Of a stretch of 64,000 nucleotides of DNA, positions 50,257-59,890 are shown one piece after another. Each line of letters begins with the position of its first letter. The first letter of the stretch is position 1. Position numbers and translations under genes: made by a program. Origin of the DNA: a virus (lineage: Duplodnaviria; Caudoviricetes). The notes beneath the pieces were generated by a model that saw only the letters and a list, made by a program, of their open reading frames with translations, had not been told where the DNA came from and did no database searches. The stretch covers positions 1,711 to 65,710 of the IMG/VR virus record IMGVR_UViG_3300021363_000005. One strand, given 5' to 3'.

Positions 50257-51371
50257 TCATTTGTTACGCACGAAGCGCAGCACGGCGACCGCGACGCAGC
50301 AGACCAGCACGAAGATCAGGAACTGCCTGACCTCGGGACTGGCCAGCAACTCGGCCATCAATGCACCCTATCGGCATCGTCGGGAAACATCCGACCATGC
50401 ATCTGCTGCTCGACCAGCAGCAGACCCTGATCGCTGTCGATCAACTTGTAACCCCGGTTGGTGACGAACAGGCGCGCCGTCTCGGCGAACATCCACGAGC
50501 CGGCAAGCAGCATGAAGTGGCCCGATGGTGATTGCGCCCAGACGCAGGTACGGTCGCCGTGCGGTGCCAAGAACGCACTGGGAAAAGCTGGGAAGGGAAT
50601 GACCTTTGACATGATGTCAACTCCTTTCCTGCTCGATCAGAATGTAGGCGATGTTGAAGGCCGGCACCGAATAGAGTTCGGCTTGGATACGGAGGTCTTC
50701 GGGGATGGCCTCGATGACTTCGAGAACAGCCCGCAGTGCCTGCACGAGCTGGCGATTGCGCGTGACTAATAGATCTTCGTCATGCTTGCTCATGGGTCAC
50801 CGTGGTGTGGTGTTGCTGCGATTGATCGTGGCGACGGGCGGTGCCTTAGGCGGATCGATGCGCTTCAGGCCATAGCGCACGATGGCCGCCTCGGCACCCT
50901 CGCGGGTGAGATAGGCGCTGACCAGTCGCGCGACGACACCGGACGGCGTGGTGATGAAGACCCAGAACTTACCGTCGTACTTGTCGGCATAGGCCGATGG
51001 TGTGAACGTCATTGAAGCCTCCTGTTTCATGGTGTCGTGGAACTGATGACAATTACCGCAGTACATAAACCGGATGTCCTGCGGGTGGTAGCTGGTGCGC
51101 CCACATTGTGGGCACGTGATGGATGGTTGTTTCGTCATTATTCCTCGCCAAACGGTGGTGGATCATGACGATGTTCAATAAGAAATTCCCATATGTCGTC
51201 GATGGGCACGGCGCAGCGGTTGGCAACAGCATACACCAAACCCATGATCAAAGCGCTGTAACCAACTGCGTCGTTGATGCCCTCCAAGGCTTCAGGCAGC
51301 GGCCGCACGCGCGCAAAAAACTTTTCGTCATGCATCGTAACCGCCAGCACAATGCGCTCAGGTTCGGCCAT
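50257..51371 (-). other. first early genes downstream of the main leftward promoter (e.g. 50257-50358 TM peptide, 50358-50612, 50797-51012, 51138-51371)
   Basis: Coupled small ORFs with RBSs. Confidence 0.5.
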
Positions 51372-51413
51372 TCGGTGTCCTTTCGTGGTTTGAAAGCATT
51401 GACACGATGTCAA

Positions 51414-51442
51414 ATCATAACTCCGGGGGTTAATGATGTCAA
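51414..51442 (-). promoter_or_regulatory. near-consensus sigma70 early promoter; motif B in the spacer and motif A over the start site
   Basis: TTGACA (51442-51437) - 17 bp - TATGAT (51419-51414). Confidence 0.8.
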
Positions 51443-51449
51443 GTGGAAA

Positions 51450-52120
51450 ACGTACATTAGAATGTTTCTAATGTACATTCGTGTTGTGCGGCAAGCTCGA
51501 TTGCCCCTGACCGGCACGATTTACACGGCACATGCGGTCGGCAAATAGTTTTCATTTGATGATAAGCGAGCGGCCAAGTGATGAGCAGCTCATGTTAAAT
51601 AGAAAAATCGCTTATCATGAACCCTTTAATATCAACGGGTTAGGGGATGATAAGGATGATAAGGAGGGTTTTGGTGCACATAGCCCCAACTATTCTTCAA
51701 CGGGGAGTTTAAGTGACTACTATTAGTTACTTAAACTCCCCGTGAGATCACATGTCGGCTGTATACGTCGTTTATCCTCCTTATCTTCCTTATCATTACA
51801 TTGGTAAGTTCCGGAGGAACTTCCCATTAACCCAAGCTATCCCGTAAGTGCCGGATAATATGAGACTATTAGACACAATCATATATCGGAACACACAGTT
51901 TTCCTTATCATGATGATAAGGAGGATGATAAGGATACAATGGAAAGTTTGGCTTATCTGCCGCCCTTGCTGGCCCTAACCATGTCAAGTAGAAACTTACT
52001 ATTAAACAAATTCCTACTTACCATGTCAAGTAGAAACTTACTATTAAACAAATTCCTACTTACCATGTCAAGTAGAAACTTTCCACTTGACATTGTGTTA
52101 AGTGGTAACTCCCGGAGTTA
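51450..52120. other. putative replication origin / non-coding control region
   Basis: AT-rich and gene-free; GATAAG repeats in both orientations; 20-bp stem at 51700-51743; 11-bp inverted repeat at 51452-51476. Confidence 0.55.
51978..52081. repeat. 42-bp tandem repeat, about 2.5 copies
   Basis: ACCATGTCAAGTAGAAACTTACTATTAAACAAATTCCTACTT at 51978 and 52020, partial copy at 52062. Confidence 0.95.
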
Positions 52121-52207
52121 ACATCGCGCCGCGCAGCCCGCGCCTGCCGTGCCCTTGACGCGCATTACACGGCACATGTGCCGCGCGGCGCGGACCCCGG
52201 ACGTGCG

Positions 52208-52237
52208 AAAACCCGCGACCCTTGCGGGTCGCGGGTT
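52208..52237 (-). terminator. intrinsic terminator of 52250-53002
   Basis: CCCGCGACCC-GCAA-GGGTCGCGGG followed by TTTT on the - strand. Confidence 0.75.
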
Positions 52238-52249
52238 CGCGGTAAGTTT

Positions 52250-53002
52250 TCAGTTCACGCTCTGAGACTGGGCGCTGCCTTCGAGCTGCGCCTTAAGCTG
52301 CGCCATCTCGTCGGCCGCAGACAGGCCGGTCTCGCCGTCGGCGACTTCGCACGCCTTGACGAACGCCTCGCACGCCTGAACAACGGCGAGCATTGCGATA
52401 CGCTGGCGCGGCTTCGCCTTGATGGCTTCGAGCGCCACCTTGTCCGACTTGGCGACGCGTTCGTCCGACGTTGTCGAAAGCCACCGCTTGGCTAGCGTCA
52501 AGGCAGGGTTCTCGTCTGCCTTGGAAACCGGATTGAGGATGGCGTCAAGCTCGACGTCGTTCGGCTTCGTGGTCGGATGCTTGTCCATCACCTTGCGGAC
52601 CTTGGCCCCGCGAACGGTATAGGACTGCTTGTCCAACTTGGTCGCCTTCTCGACGATGTCGCTCATATCGTAGGCAGCGAACCGCCCCGCGTCTGCGAAC
52701 GCACCGAAAGCGGATGCCCAAGTCTTAACCGAATTTTCGGAAAGCTCCTTGCGCATGCTGCCTTCGCCCGACCGGAAAGGCGTATTGAACGCGTCGAAAA
52801 TCTTCGCCGTATCAATGTCGCCGTTCACCTTGTTCTGCCGATGGGCAACGCCAACGGCGAACATGAAAGCGGCGAACCGCTCGAATACGGACAGGTCCGT
52901 AAGATTGCCCGTGCCGATCTCGGCCGCTGCCTTGATGATGGCCGCCTCTGATTTCAGGCTTTTGGCGTCGTACTTGCTGATATCCAACATTTTCGTCTCC
53001 AC
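52250..53002 (-). CDS. ~250-aa helical hypothetical protein, monocistronic (paralog of 48326-49075)
   Basis: GGAG RBS favours ATG at 52990; two motif A copies upstream; own terminator. Confidence 0.7.
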   Translation of the reverse strand: METKMLDISKYDAKSLKSEAAIIKAAAEIGTGNLTDLSVFERFAAFMFAVGVAHRQNKVNGDIDTAKIFDAFNTPFRSGEGSMRKELSENSVKTWASAFGAFADAGRFAAYDMSDIVEKATKLDKQSYTVRGAKVRKVMDKHPTTKPNDVELDAILNPVSKADENPALTLAKRWLSTTSDERVAKSDKVALEAIKAKPRQRIAMLAVVQACEAFVKACEVADGETGLSAADEMAQLKAQLEGSAQSQSVN

Positions 53003-53181
53003 ATGTTATTGACTTGATGTCAATGGGAGCGGCGCTCCCTACCCTACGTCAAGTGTAATCAAAAGTATTGACTTGATGTCAACGGCGAGCCGCCACCCCG
53101 GAGATGGACACGGCCGGGGTGGGGTAGTGTCGGCTTAGGGGCTTCACAAATCTGGGTACGTGTTTTTTCGGTTCTTTCCTC

Positions 53182-53210
53182 TTGACATCGCTAACCGCCG
53201 GGGTTAAGCT
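53182..53210 (+). promoter_or_regulatory. sigma70-like rightward promoter with motif B in the spacer
   Basis: TTGACA (53182-53187) - 17 bp - TAAGCT (53205-53210). Confidence 0.7.
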
Positions 53211-53292
53211 TCTCCCACCCGCGAAAAAGCGCCATTGACATTATGTCAAGAGGTACTTATCTGCTTCACGTGGCATATGGAGATGTTTGTAA

Positions 53293-53772
53293 ATGGCATA
53301 CGATACCCAGCTCAAGATGGATCCCACGCCGATGCCGATAAAGCCTGCGGTGCTGCTCCTGCTGCATCGTCGTCGCAAGATGGCGTTCGTCAGCTACACC
53401 TCGAACGCACGCGGTCGCGCGGCTGTCTTGGCTTCCGCTATCCGCCACCGCGACACCGTCGAGCGCGCCCATCTGCGCGACCTGCCCGAGGGCGACATCA
53501 GGGACTTCGCCTTGCTGGCGACCAGCGTCGGCTTGGAGCCGCGCAAGGCCAACAAGACGGTCGAACGCCTGCAGGCCAAAATGGTGCGCGACGGTTACAA
53601 GCTGTTCGGCAGCCCCCGCTCTGCCATCCCGCTGGTGACGCTCAACGGCAAGCGCATGTCGTTGGTCGAGGCGATGCTGGAAGCCAAGTGCAAGACCAAC
53701 TATCAGACCTGCTATCGCCGGGTGCAGCGCGGCTGGCCAGTCAAGGCTGCTCTCGACTTGGAGCCGAGATAG
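53293..53772 (+). CDS. homing-endonuclease-related protein with C-terminal DNA-binding motif
   Basis: C-terminal TLNGKRMSLVEA..NYQTCYRRVQRGW resembles the C-terminus of the HNH at 35189; N-terminus may be a degenerate GIY-YIG. Confidence 0.5.
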   Translation: MAYDTQLKMDPTPMPIKPAVLLLLHRRRKMAFVSYTSNARGRAAVLASAIRHRDTVERAHLRDLPEGDIRDFALLATSVGLEPRKANKTVERLQAKMVRDGYKLFGSPRSAIPLVTLNGKRMSLVEAMLEAKCKTNYQTCYRRVQRGWPVKAALDLEPR

Positions 53773-53829
53773 CGATACGCCGAAGCGTGTCGCTTTCGCT
53801 CGATCTCGAACCCAAATAGGAGCCATACA

Positions 53830-54066
53830 ATGGGAACTAAACTTTTACCCGCCGAGTTCGACTGCTATCAGGCTGCCGAGCCCGATGAGCCGATGTTCGT
53901 CCTGCTGGCCCGCGACCAGACCGCGCCTGCGCTGGTCCGCGCGTGGGCCTACCAGCGTTCGACTGCCATCGACAACGGCATGCGTCCGCCCGAGGATCGC
54001 GCGCAGGTCACCGAGGCGTTGCAGTGCGCCGACGCCATGGTGAAGTGGCGCGAGGAAAACCGATGA
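53830..54066 (+). CDS. small conserved phage protein (DEPMFVLLARD motif)
   Basis: AGGAG RBS; AEPDEPMFVLLARD..APALVRAWA..EA..CADAM..WR. Confidence 0.65.
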   Translation: MGTKLLPAEFDCYQAAEPDEPMFVLLARDQTAPALVRAWAYQRSTAIDNGMRPPEDRAQVTEALQCADAMVKWREENR

Positions 54067-54106
54067 CGCGCGTAAATGCGCGCGTCATCCAGCGCCCGGT
54101 GCTGGG

Positions 54107-55560
54107 ATGATCCGCATCACCGCCCCCCACTTCGTTGCCGGTGTCGTCATCACCTGCGGTCGGGTCGGCCGGCGTGCCCGCATCCTCGACTACATGATCG
54201 GCTGGACCGCCCAGCAGGTCATCGATTATGTCGAGAAGAAACACTGGCGTTACGAGCTGCTGCCATGACCGCCCCCAGCCCCCCTACGCGCGACGAAACC
54301 CTCGCTCTCCTGCTGCGCGCCCGTGACCTGCTCGATGCGGCCGAGGTTCCGAGCGACGGCCGATTGATCTGGCCGTTCGACTATGAAATGCTCTCTGTTC
54401 CGCACGAACAGGAGAGTGCCATGACAGACCCCGCGCCCGGCTATCCCGTCGCTGCCAACCCGGTCCCCGCCGTTCCCGCCGTGCAGGCCGTCCCGCTCAC
54501 CCCGGCCGAGCAGGAGCAGGTCGACATGCTCTACGACGAACTCAAGCCGGCGGCCACCGAGAGTGCGCGCGCCTACGTGCTGGCGCGCACCCCGGCCAGC
54601 CTGCAGGTCGCCATGAACGAGAAGATCGACGCCGACTGGCCGGCACCCGAGCCGCCCACCGAGGATGTGCTGGCCGCCCGACGCGAGGACGCCATGTCGG
54701 GTTTCCGCACCGCTTCGGTGACGCTGTCGCAAACTGCACCGGTCGCCGACCCGCCGGTCGGCCAGACCTACCCGGCGCAGTTCCAGCCGCTGCGCTGAAA
54801 CCATGACGACGCCGGCCCAAGAGACCACCGAGCTGTTCGCCACCTTGCAGCCGTTGGCGCTTGCCGACTACGTGACCTACATCATGTCGCGCACCCGCGC
54901 CGACTTGCAGGCCCTGATGGCTCCACTGGCGGCTGGCGACCCAATGCCTGCCCCGCCGCTGCCGGCCAATCAGGTGATCGTCAGTTCCGGTGATGCCATC
55001 CCGGTCAAGGACGGCAGCAAGACGGTCAACGCGCCCGCCACCGTGGCGGGCGGCGTGCTCACCGGCGCTCAATTGGGTTCGACCACGACCATGGTGGCCA
55101 ACGCGGCTGCCGTGGTCGTCCACAATCTCGCGGATGCCAATCAGGCGGGCTCGCCCGGCACCGCCACGGTGGCGGCCGGTGTGCTCAGCAAGGTCAATCT
55201 TACCGTGTGATCCCGCAGATGCAGACTCTACTTTGTAGGATCACACTGGTATGAACTACGCGCTCGTGCTCTCGGCGCTCGAGAAGCACGCGCGCATGGC
55301 CCAAGCTGCTGTGAACTTTGCGCGGGAAAAGGGTAGAGGAAAGCTTTTCAGCGAGGCGATGATGGTGCTGACGGAGGCCGAGCTGGCGCTACTCCATGTC
55401 CAGAAAGAACAACAAGCTGCGCAGCGTGATGCACTTCACCGCTGACTTCCTGACCGTGCTCGCCTGTTTCAGCCTGCTCTTGCTGGCGCTTTGTCTCGAC
55501 ATCATAATCACGGTCGTGCGTCGTCGACGCGGCCGTAGCATCAAGGTGACGCCCCTTTAA
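54107..55560 (+). other. cluster of small hypothetical genes (54107-54268, 54265/54421-54798, 54803-55210, 55251-55445, 55429-55560)
   Basis: Consecutive coupled ORFs on the + strand. Confidence 0.5.
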
Positions 55561-55616
55561 CGCCTTGTAGCTTGAGGGGCGGGCAAGACGCGCCAGCTTT
55601 GCTGGAGGTTGCTGGT

Positions 55617-57068
55617 TCAAGTCCAGCCGGCTGCGGACGCGGGCACCTTGCGCACCCGTCCTTCCATCATCCTCGCCCGCGTAACCTTTTTAGCAATGGC
55701 GACCGCTGTCCCGCCCGACGCCCCCATGCAGAGATACTGGTGGGCGTCGCCGATGTGCGAGTAGCGGTTCTTCTCGGGGGCCGGCTGAGCTTCGTTGAGC
55801 TGGTTGTACTTGAAACGGTAACCGCCGTTTAACGCAGTGACGAGCGTTGGACACTTGCCGCGATCCACCAACATCGCTGCCGTGCCGCCGCGACTCTCGG
55901 TTAAAAAGCGCTCGACCGAGTTCAGGCGAGGTGCCAAGCGATTGCTGGGAGCAGCCATGCACATGAACCCAAAGCTGCTGATGACATCATAAGACGTGAA
56001 CTCATCGTGGTTGCTTTTAGCCATGCCGGCCGGGTCAAAGATAATACATACTGGGCAGCCCACATACCGTCGACCGCTGACCACTTGGCGGATCCGGGGC
56101 AGCTGCAGTTTCAGGCCGATGTCGTCGGCGGCAATTTCTTCATGCACCAGCAACCGAGACATCGAGTCAATTTGACCGAGTAGGGCCCATGGATCCCGTC
56201 CAAGATCCAGACCGATGAGAAGCGGCGCGCCGGGGATGACCAAAAGTTCGTCACGGCAATGGAAGCTAGTGAAGAACATCCCGGCGTAGACGGCCGCCCC
56301 CGAAGGGTCCGGGCCGAACTCCGCCATCACATACCTTTTCACCCACGCTGGATTGGTCGACGTCGACAATCTCGCGTAATACTCGCGTCCCTTCGCCAGC
56401 CGTGCCGGATGATCAATCGGAAACTTTAGCGTCTCCGGCGTCTGCAGCAGCCAGTTGAGATTTTCCGCATCGGGCGAAAGTCCGCCGGGCTGGACGAACA
56501 CCTGCCATTGCGGCGGCGGTGTCGCCACCGTCTGCTGCCACGTCGTGCCGTCGGTCGGCATGTTGCTATCAAGCACCACGCCGTACCACGAGGCCCCGCC
56601 GTCGATGGCCGACGGGAAGCGGCCGCAGCGGCCAGCGATGGCGACCATCAGGTCGAAATCGATTTCGATGGCTTCCGACACGAACGCGCCGGTCAGGTTC
56701 ATCGACAGGATGCGCTTCTGATCCTCCGGCGTTTCCAGCGGCAGGAGGATCCACTCCGACACCACGTCGCCGAAACGAAACCACACCGTGCTCTCCGATA
56801 CCCGCCAGTCGGCAATCGGACCGAACCACTGGATGATATCTTTCAGGACGGTGTTTTTTAACTGACTTAACGTCTGGCGCAGGAGCGCAAAGCGGGTGTG
56901 CCGCACGCCATCCAACCCCGGTCGCTGCTCGCACGCCCGGCGCACCAGCTCGAACAGGACGGTCGTCGTCTTGCCCGAGCCGAGCGGTCCCAGAATGAAC
57001 CGGTAGAACGCGTTTGACATCATGAACTGCGACCCCGTGGGGGGCGGCGTAAAAGTGATTTCAATCAT
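55617..57068 (-). CDS. terL: terminase large subunit
   Basis: GPLGSGKTT Walker A, GAFVSEAIE Walker B, IGLDLG nuclease motif, KNRYSHIGDAHQY. Confidence 0.9.
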   Translation of the reverse strand: MIEITFTPPPTGSQFMMSNAFYRFILGPLGSGKTTTVLFELVRRACEQRPGLDGVRHTRFALLRQTLSQLKNTVLKDIIQWFGPIADWRVSESTVWFRFGDVVSEWILLPLETPEDQKRILSMNLTGAFVSEAIEIDFDLMVAIAGRCGRFPSAIDGGASWYGVVLDSNMPTDGTTWQQTVATPPPQWQVFVQPGGLSPDAENLNWLLQTPETLKFPIDHPARLAKGREYYARLSTSTNPAWVKRYVMAEFGPDPSGAAVYAGMFFTSFHCRDELLVIPGAPLLIGLDLGRDPWALLGQIDSMSRLLVHEEIAADDIGLKLQLPRIRQVVSGRRYVGCPVCIIFDPAGMAKSNHDEFTSYDVISSFGFMCMAAPSNRLAPRLNSVERFLTESRGGTAAMLVDRGKCPTLVTALNGGYRFKYNQLNEAQPAPEKNRYSHIGDAHQYLCMGASGGTAVAIAKKVTRARMMEGRVRKVPASAAGWT

Positions 57069-57080
57069 GACTTCATGATC

Positions 57081-57584
57081 TCATGTCTCAGTAACTCCCG
57101 GGGTTAGGATCGCCTCACCTTCGATGGTCTTGGGCTCGCTCGACTCCTTGTCAAACGATAACTTATGACCGCCCAGCATGATGTTGATCTGCACCCGCCC
57201 GCTGCCGTCGTCCTTGGTCAATGGACCCTCACCAAGATGACCTAGCTTGGCAAGGAATTGCAGGGCTTGTACGCGCGCGGCACCCGGTATGTCCGCGTCG
57301 CGAATGATGTCGACGGTGTCCAACAGCAGCTCCTCGATCATCGACGCTGCCTTGACCGACACGCGCTCGCGCAAATTCTGCTTGGTGCTGGCCGACCAGA
57401 TCTGTGCTTCCTCGAGCAGATGGGTCTGGAAGATCGGGTGTTCCTTGATCCGGTCGTAGGCGTCGCTGTCGATGCCGGCGCGTTGCAGCAGGATTTCGAG
57501 CGGCTGGATCTCGCGCGCGATCTCGCGGGCGATACGGGCCATGTCGAGTTCGGTGAGCTCGCGTTGACCGACCATCAGGGTCAT
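57081..57584 (-). CDS. terS: probable terminase small subunit
   Basis: Directly upstream of terL, helical, GSGRVQINI C-terminal strand; AAGGAG RBS. Confidence 0.65.
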   Translation of the reverse strand: MTLMVGQRELTELDMARIAREIAREIQPLEILLQRAGIDSDAYDRIKEHPIFQTHLLEEAQIWSASTKQNLRERVSVKAASMIEELLLDTVDIIRDADIPGAARVQALQFLAKLGHLGEGPLTKDDGSGRVQINIMLGGHKLSFDKESSEPKTIEGEAILTPGVTET

Positions 57585-57658
57585 CTGGCGCTCCTTGTAG
57601 GATTGTTTCAGTAAGGCTACTATACCCAGTATCTATTGGTAAGTTCTCGCGGGGGACC

Positions 57659-59875
57659 ATGGCCGACCCGTTCGTGGCAGCACCTGCGCCGACCTCTGTG
57701 CCGATGGCACAGCGCTACCCGACATCGTTGCGGGTGGTCTCCAACGCCGAGCTCGATCAGCAGCAGCAGGAGCAGGACCAGCTTCAGCAGGACGCGCAGA
57801 ACCTCGCGGCTGCGCACCCCTATCAGGGGCTTGTAGGCTTCATCCGTTCGCAATGGGACATCATGCGCCGCCATCGCGACACGGTGGCTGGCTGGTCCGA
57901 GCGGCTGCTATCAGCGATGCGCGCCTTCAACGGCGTCTATGACCCACAGAAACTCCAAGAGATCAGGAAGTTCGGCGGCTCCGAGGTTTACGCGCGTCTG
58001 ATCGCAGCCAAGTGTCGAGGGGCCTCGTCACTGCTGCGTGATGTTTACCTCGGGGCCGACCGGGCATGGGGGCTCGATCCCGAGGCTGACCCCCCGGTGC
58101 CGGGGTCGATCCAGCAGGCCATCCAGTCGCTGATCCAGAGCGAGCTGCAGCAGGCCCAGCAGATCGGCATGCCGATCACGCCTGATCAGATCCGCGAGCG
58201 GCTGTGGGGCATGATGGCTCAAGCCCGCACGGCGGCTAAGAAAATGGCCGAGGATCAGACCCTGCTGGCCGAGGACAAGCTCGACGAAATCCTGACCGAG
58301 GGAAATTACTACGGCGCACTGGCCGACATCCTCGTCGACATCCCGCTATTCCCGTATGCGGTCCTCAAAGGTCCAACTGTCCGCATGGTGTTCGAGGTCG
58401 ATTGGTCGACCGGGCGTCCCGTCATGCGGCGAAAGCCAAAGTTGTGGTGGGAGCGGATCTCGCCATTCGATGTTTATTGGACGCCGGGCGCATCTGACAT
58501 CGAGGACGCGTCCATCGTGGAGCGGACACGGCTTACGCGAACGGATCTCAATGACCTTCTCGACGTCGAAGGCTATGATGTAGCAGCCATCCGCGCTGTG
58601 CTCGATAATTACGGCCGTGGTGGGCTCAGCGACCAGTGGGACATGGCCGAGTCGCCGCGTGCCATGTTGGAAAGTCGCGAGGATCCGTGGTTTAACCAGT
58701 CGCATATGATCTCCTGCCTGCAGTTCACCGGTAACGTGCAGGGCAGGATGTTGATCGATTACGGCTTCACCACCAACGACATTCCCGATCCGATCCGCGA
58801 CTACGCCGTCGAGGCGTGGATGATCGGGCCCTACCTGATCAAGGTCCAGCTCGGCGTCTCACCGCGCCGCCGCCACAAGTATTACATCTCGTCTTGGGAG
58901 AAGGTGCCGGGCACACCGGTCGGCAACGCCATCCCTGATCAGATTTCTGATCTGCAGGAGGTTTGCAATGCGTCCCTCCGCTCACTCGTCAACAACCTCA
59001 GCATCTCGTCGGGTCCACAGGTTGTGGTCAATGATGATCGTCTCGCAGGTCTGGAAACAGGCGAGGACCTCTACCCATGGAAACGCTGGCACGTTAACAA
59101 TCCACTGCTTGCCAGCAGCACCGAGAAACCGGTCGACTTTTTCCAGCCGCAGTCTAACGCCAACGAACTTTTAGGTGTCTTCAAAGCGATCTACGATCTT
59201 AGCGACGACGTCTCGGCGATCCCTAAGTACCTTTCGGGTAACTCGCCGGGTGGAGGTGCTGGTCGCACGGCGTCGGGTCTTGCGATGCTCATGGGCAACG
59301 CGTCGAAAATTCTCCAGACGGTTTGCGCTAACATTGATCGCGACATGATGTACCCCGCGCTGACCAACCTCATGGACCTCGTCCTGCTGACCGACACGTC
59401 GGGTCTGCTGCAGGGCACCGAGACCGTGACGCCCAAGGGCGTCGTTGTTGCAATGCAGCGGGAAACGATGAGGGCGCGCCAGCTCGAGTTCCTGCAGCTC
59501 ACCGGCAACCCCATCGACATGGCGATCATGGGACCGAAGGGACGCGCCGCTGTGCTCCGCTCAGTCAGCACCACCATCGGCCTGCCCGGCGAGGAGATCG
59601 TGCCGACCGACGACGAGATCCAGCAGCAGCAGGCGCAGGCACAGGCCAACGCTGCGGCTGCGGGGGCCGCTGGACACGCGCAAGGTCCGCCGGTACCTCC
59701 GGGTGGCCCGGGCGGCGGTGGCCCTTCAGCGGGCCCGGGACGGCCTCCACCGCCCGGCAATACGGCTAACCTCGCTGCACCGACACCGCAGCAGACGCCG
59801 GCCCCGGGCGACGACAGCACCAAGGCGCAGGCACCGCGCGCCGCGACGTTCCTGCAACGACCCCGTGGGCAGTAA
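57659..59875 (+). CDS. portal protein
   Basis: 738 aa; KCRGA, AVLKGP, SPFDVYW.P, GRTASGLAMLMGNA; Gln/Pro-rich tail; precedes scaffold and capsid. Confidence 0.85.
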   Translation: MADPFVAAPAPTSVPMAQRYPTSLRVVSNAELDQQQQEQDQLQQDAQNLAAAHPYQGLVGFIRSQWDIMRRHRDTVAGWSERLLSAMRAFNGVYDPQKLQEIRKFGGSEVYARLIAAKCRGASSLLRDVYLGADRAWGLDPEADPPVPGSIQQAIQSLIQSELQQAQQIGMPITPDQIRERLWGMMAQARTAAKKMAEDQTLLAEDKLDEILTEGNYYGALADILVDIPLFPYAVLKGPTVRMVFEVDWSTGRPVMRRKPKLWWERISPFDVYWTPGASDIEDASIVERTRLTRTDLNDLLDVEGYDVAAIRAVLDNYGRGGLSDQWDMAESPRAMLESREDPWFNQSHMISCLQFTGNVQGRMLIDYGFTTNDIPDPIRDYAVEAWMIGPYLIKVQLGVSPRRRHKYYISSWEKVPGTPVGNAIPDQISDLQEVCNASLRSLVNNLSISSGPQVVVNDDRLAGLETGEDLYPWKRWHVNNPLLASSTEKPVDFFQPQSNANELLGVFKAIYDLSDDVSAIPKYLSGNSPGGGAGRTASGLAMLMGNASKILQTVCANIDRDMMYPALTNLMDLVLLTDTSGLLQGTETVTPKGVVVAMQRETMRARQLEFLQLTGNPIDMAIMGPKGRAAVLRSVSTTIGLPGEEIVPTDDEIQQQQAQAQANAAAAGAAGHAQGPPVPPGGPGGGGPSAGPGRPPPPGNTANLAAPTPQQTPAPGDDSTKAQAPRAATFLQRPRGQ

Positions 59876-59890
59876 CCAAAGGAGAACATC

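Noticed and set aside
51978-52081. 42-bp repeats as a mini-CRISPR array
   Set aside because: Units are contiguous identical tandem copies with no unique spacers, and there is no cas operon
51532-52121. Short ORFs in the AT-rich region (51532-51726, 51796-51987, 51939-52121)
   Set aside because: They translate DNA repeats and hairpins, have atypical composition and lack clear RBSs
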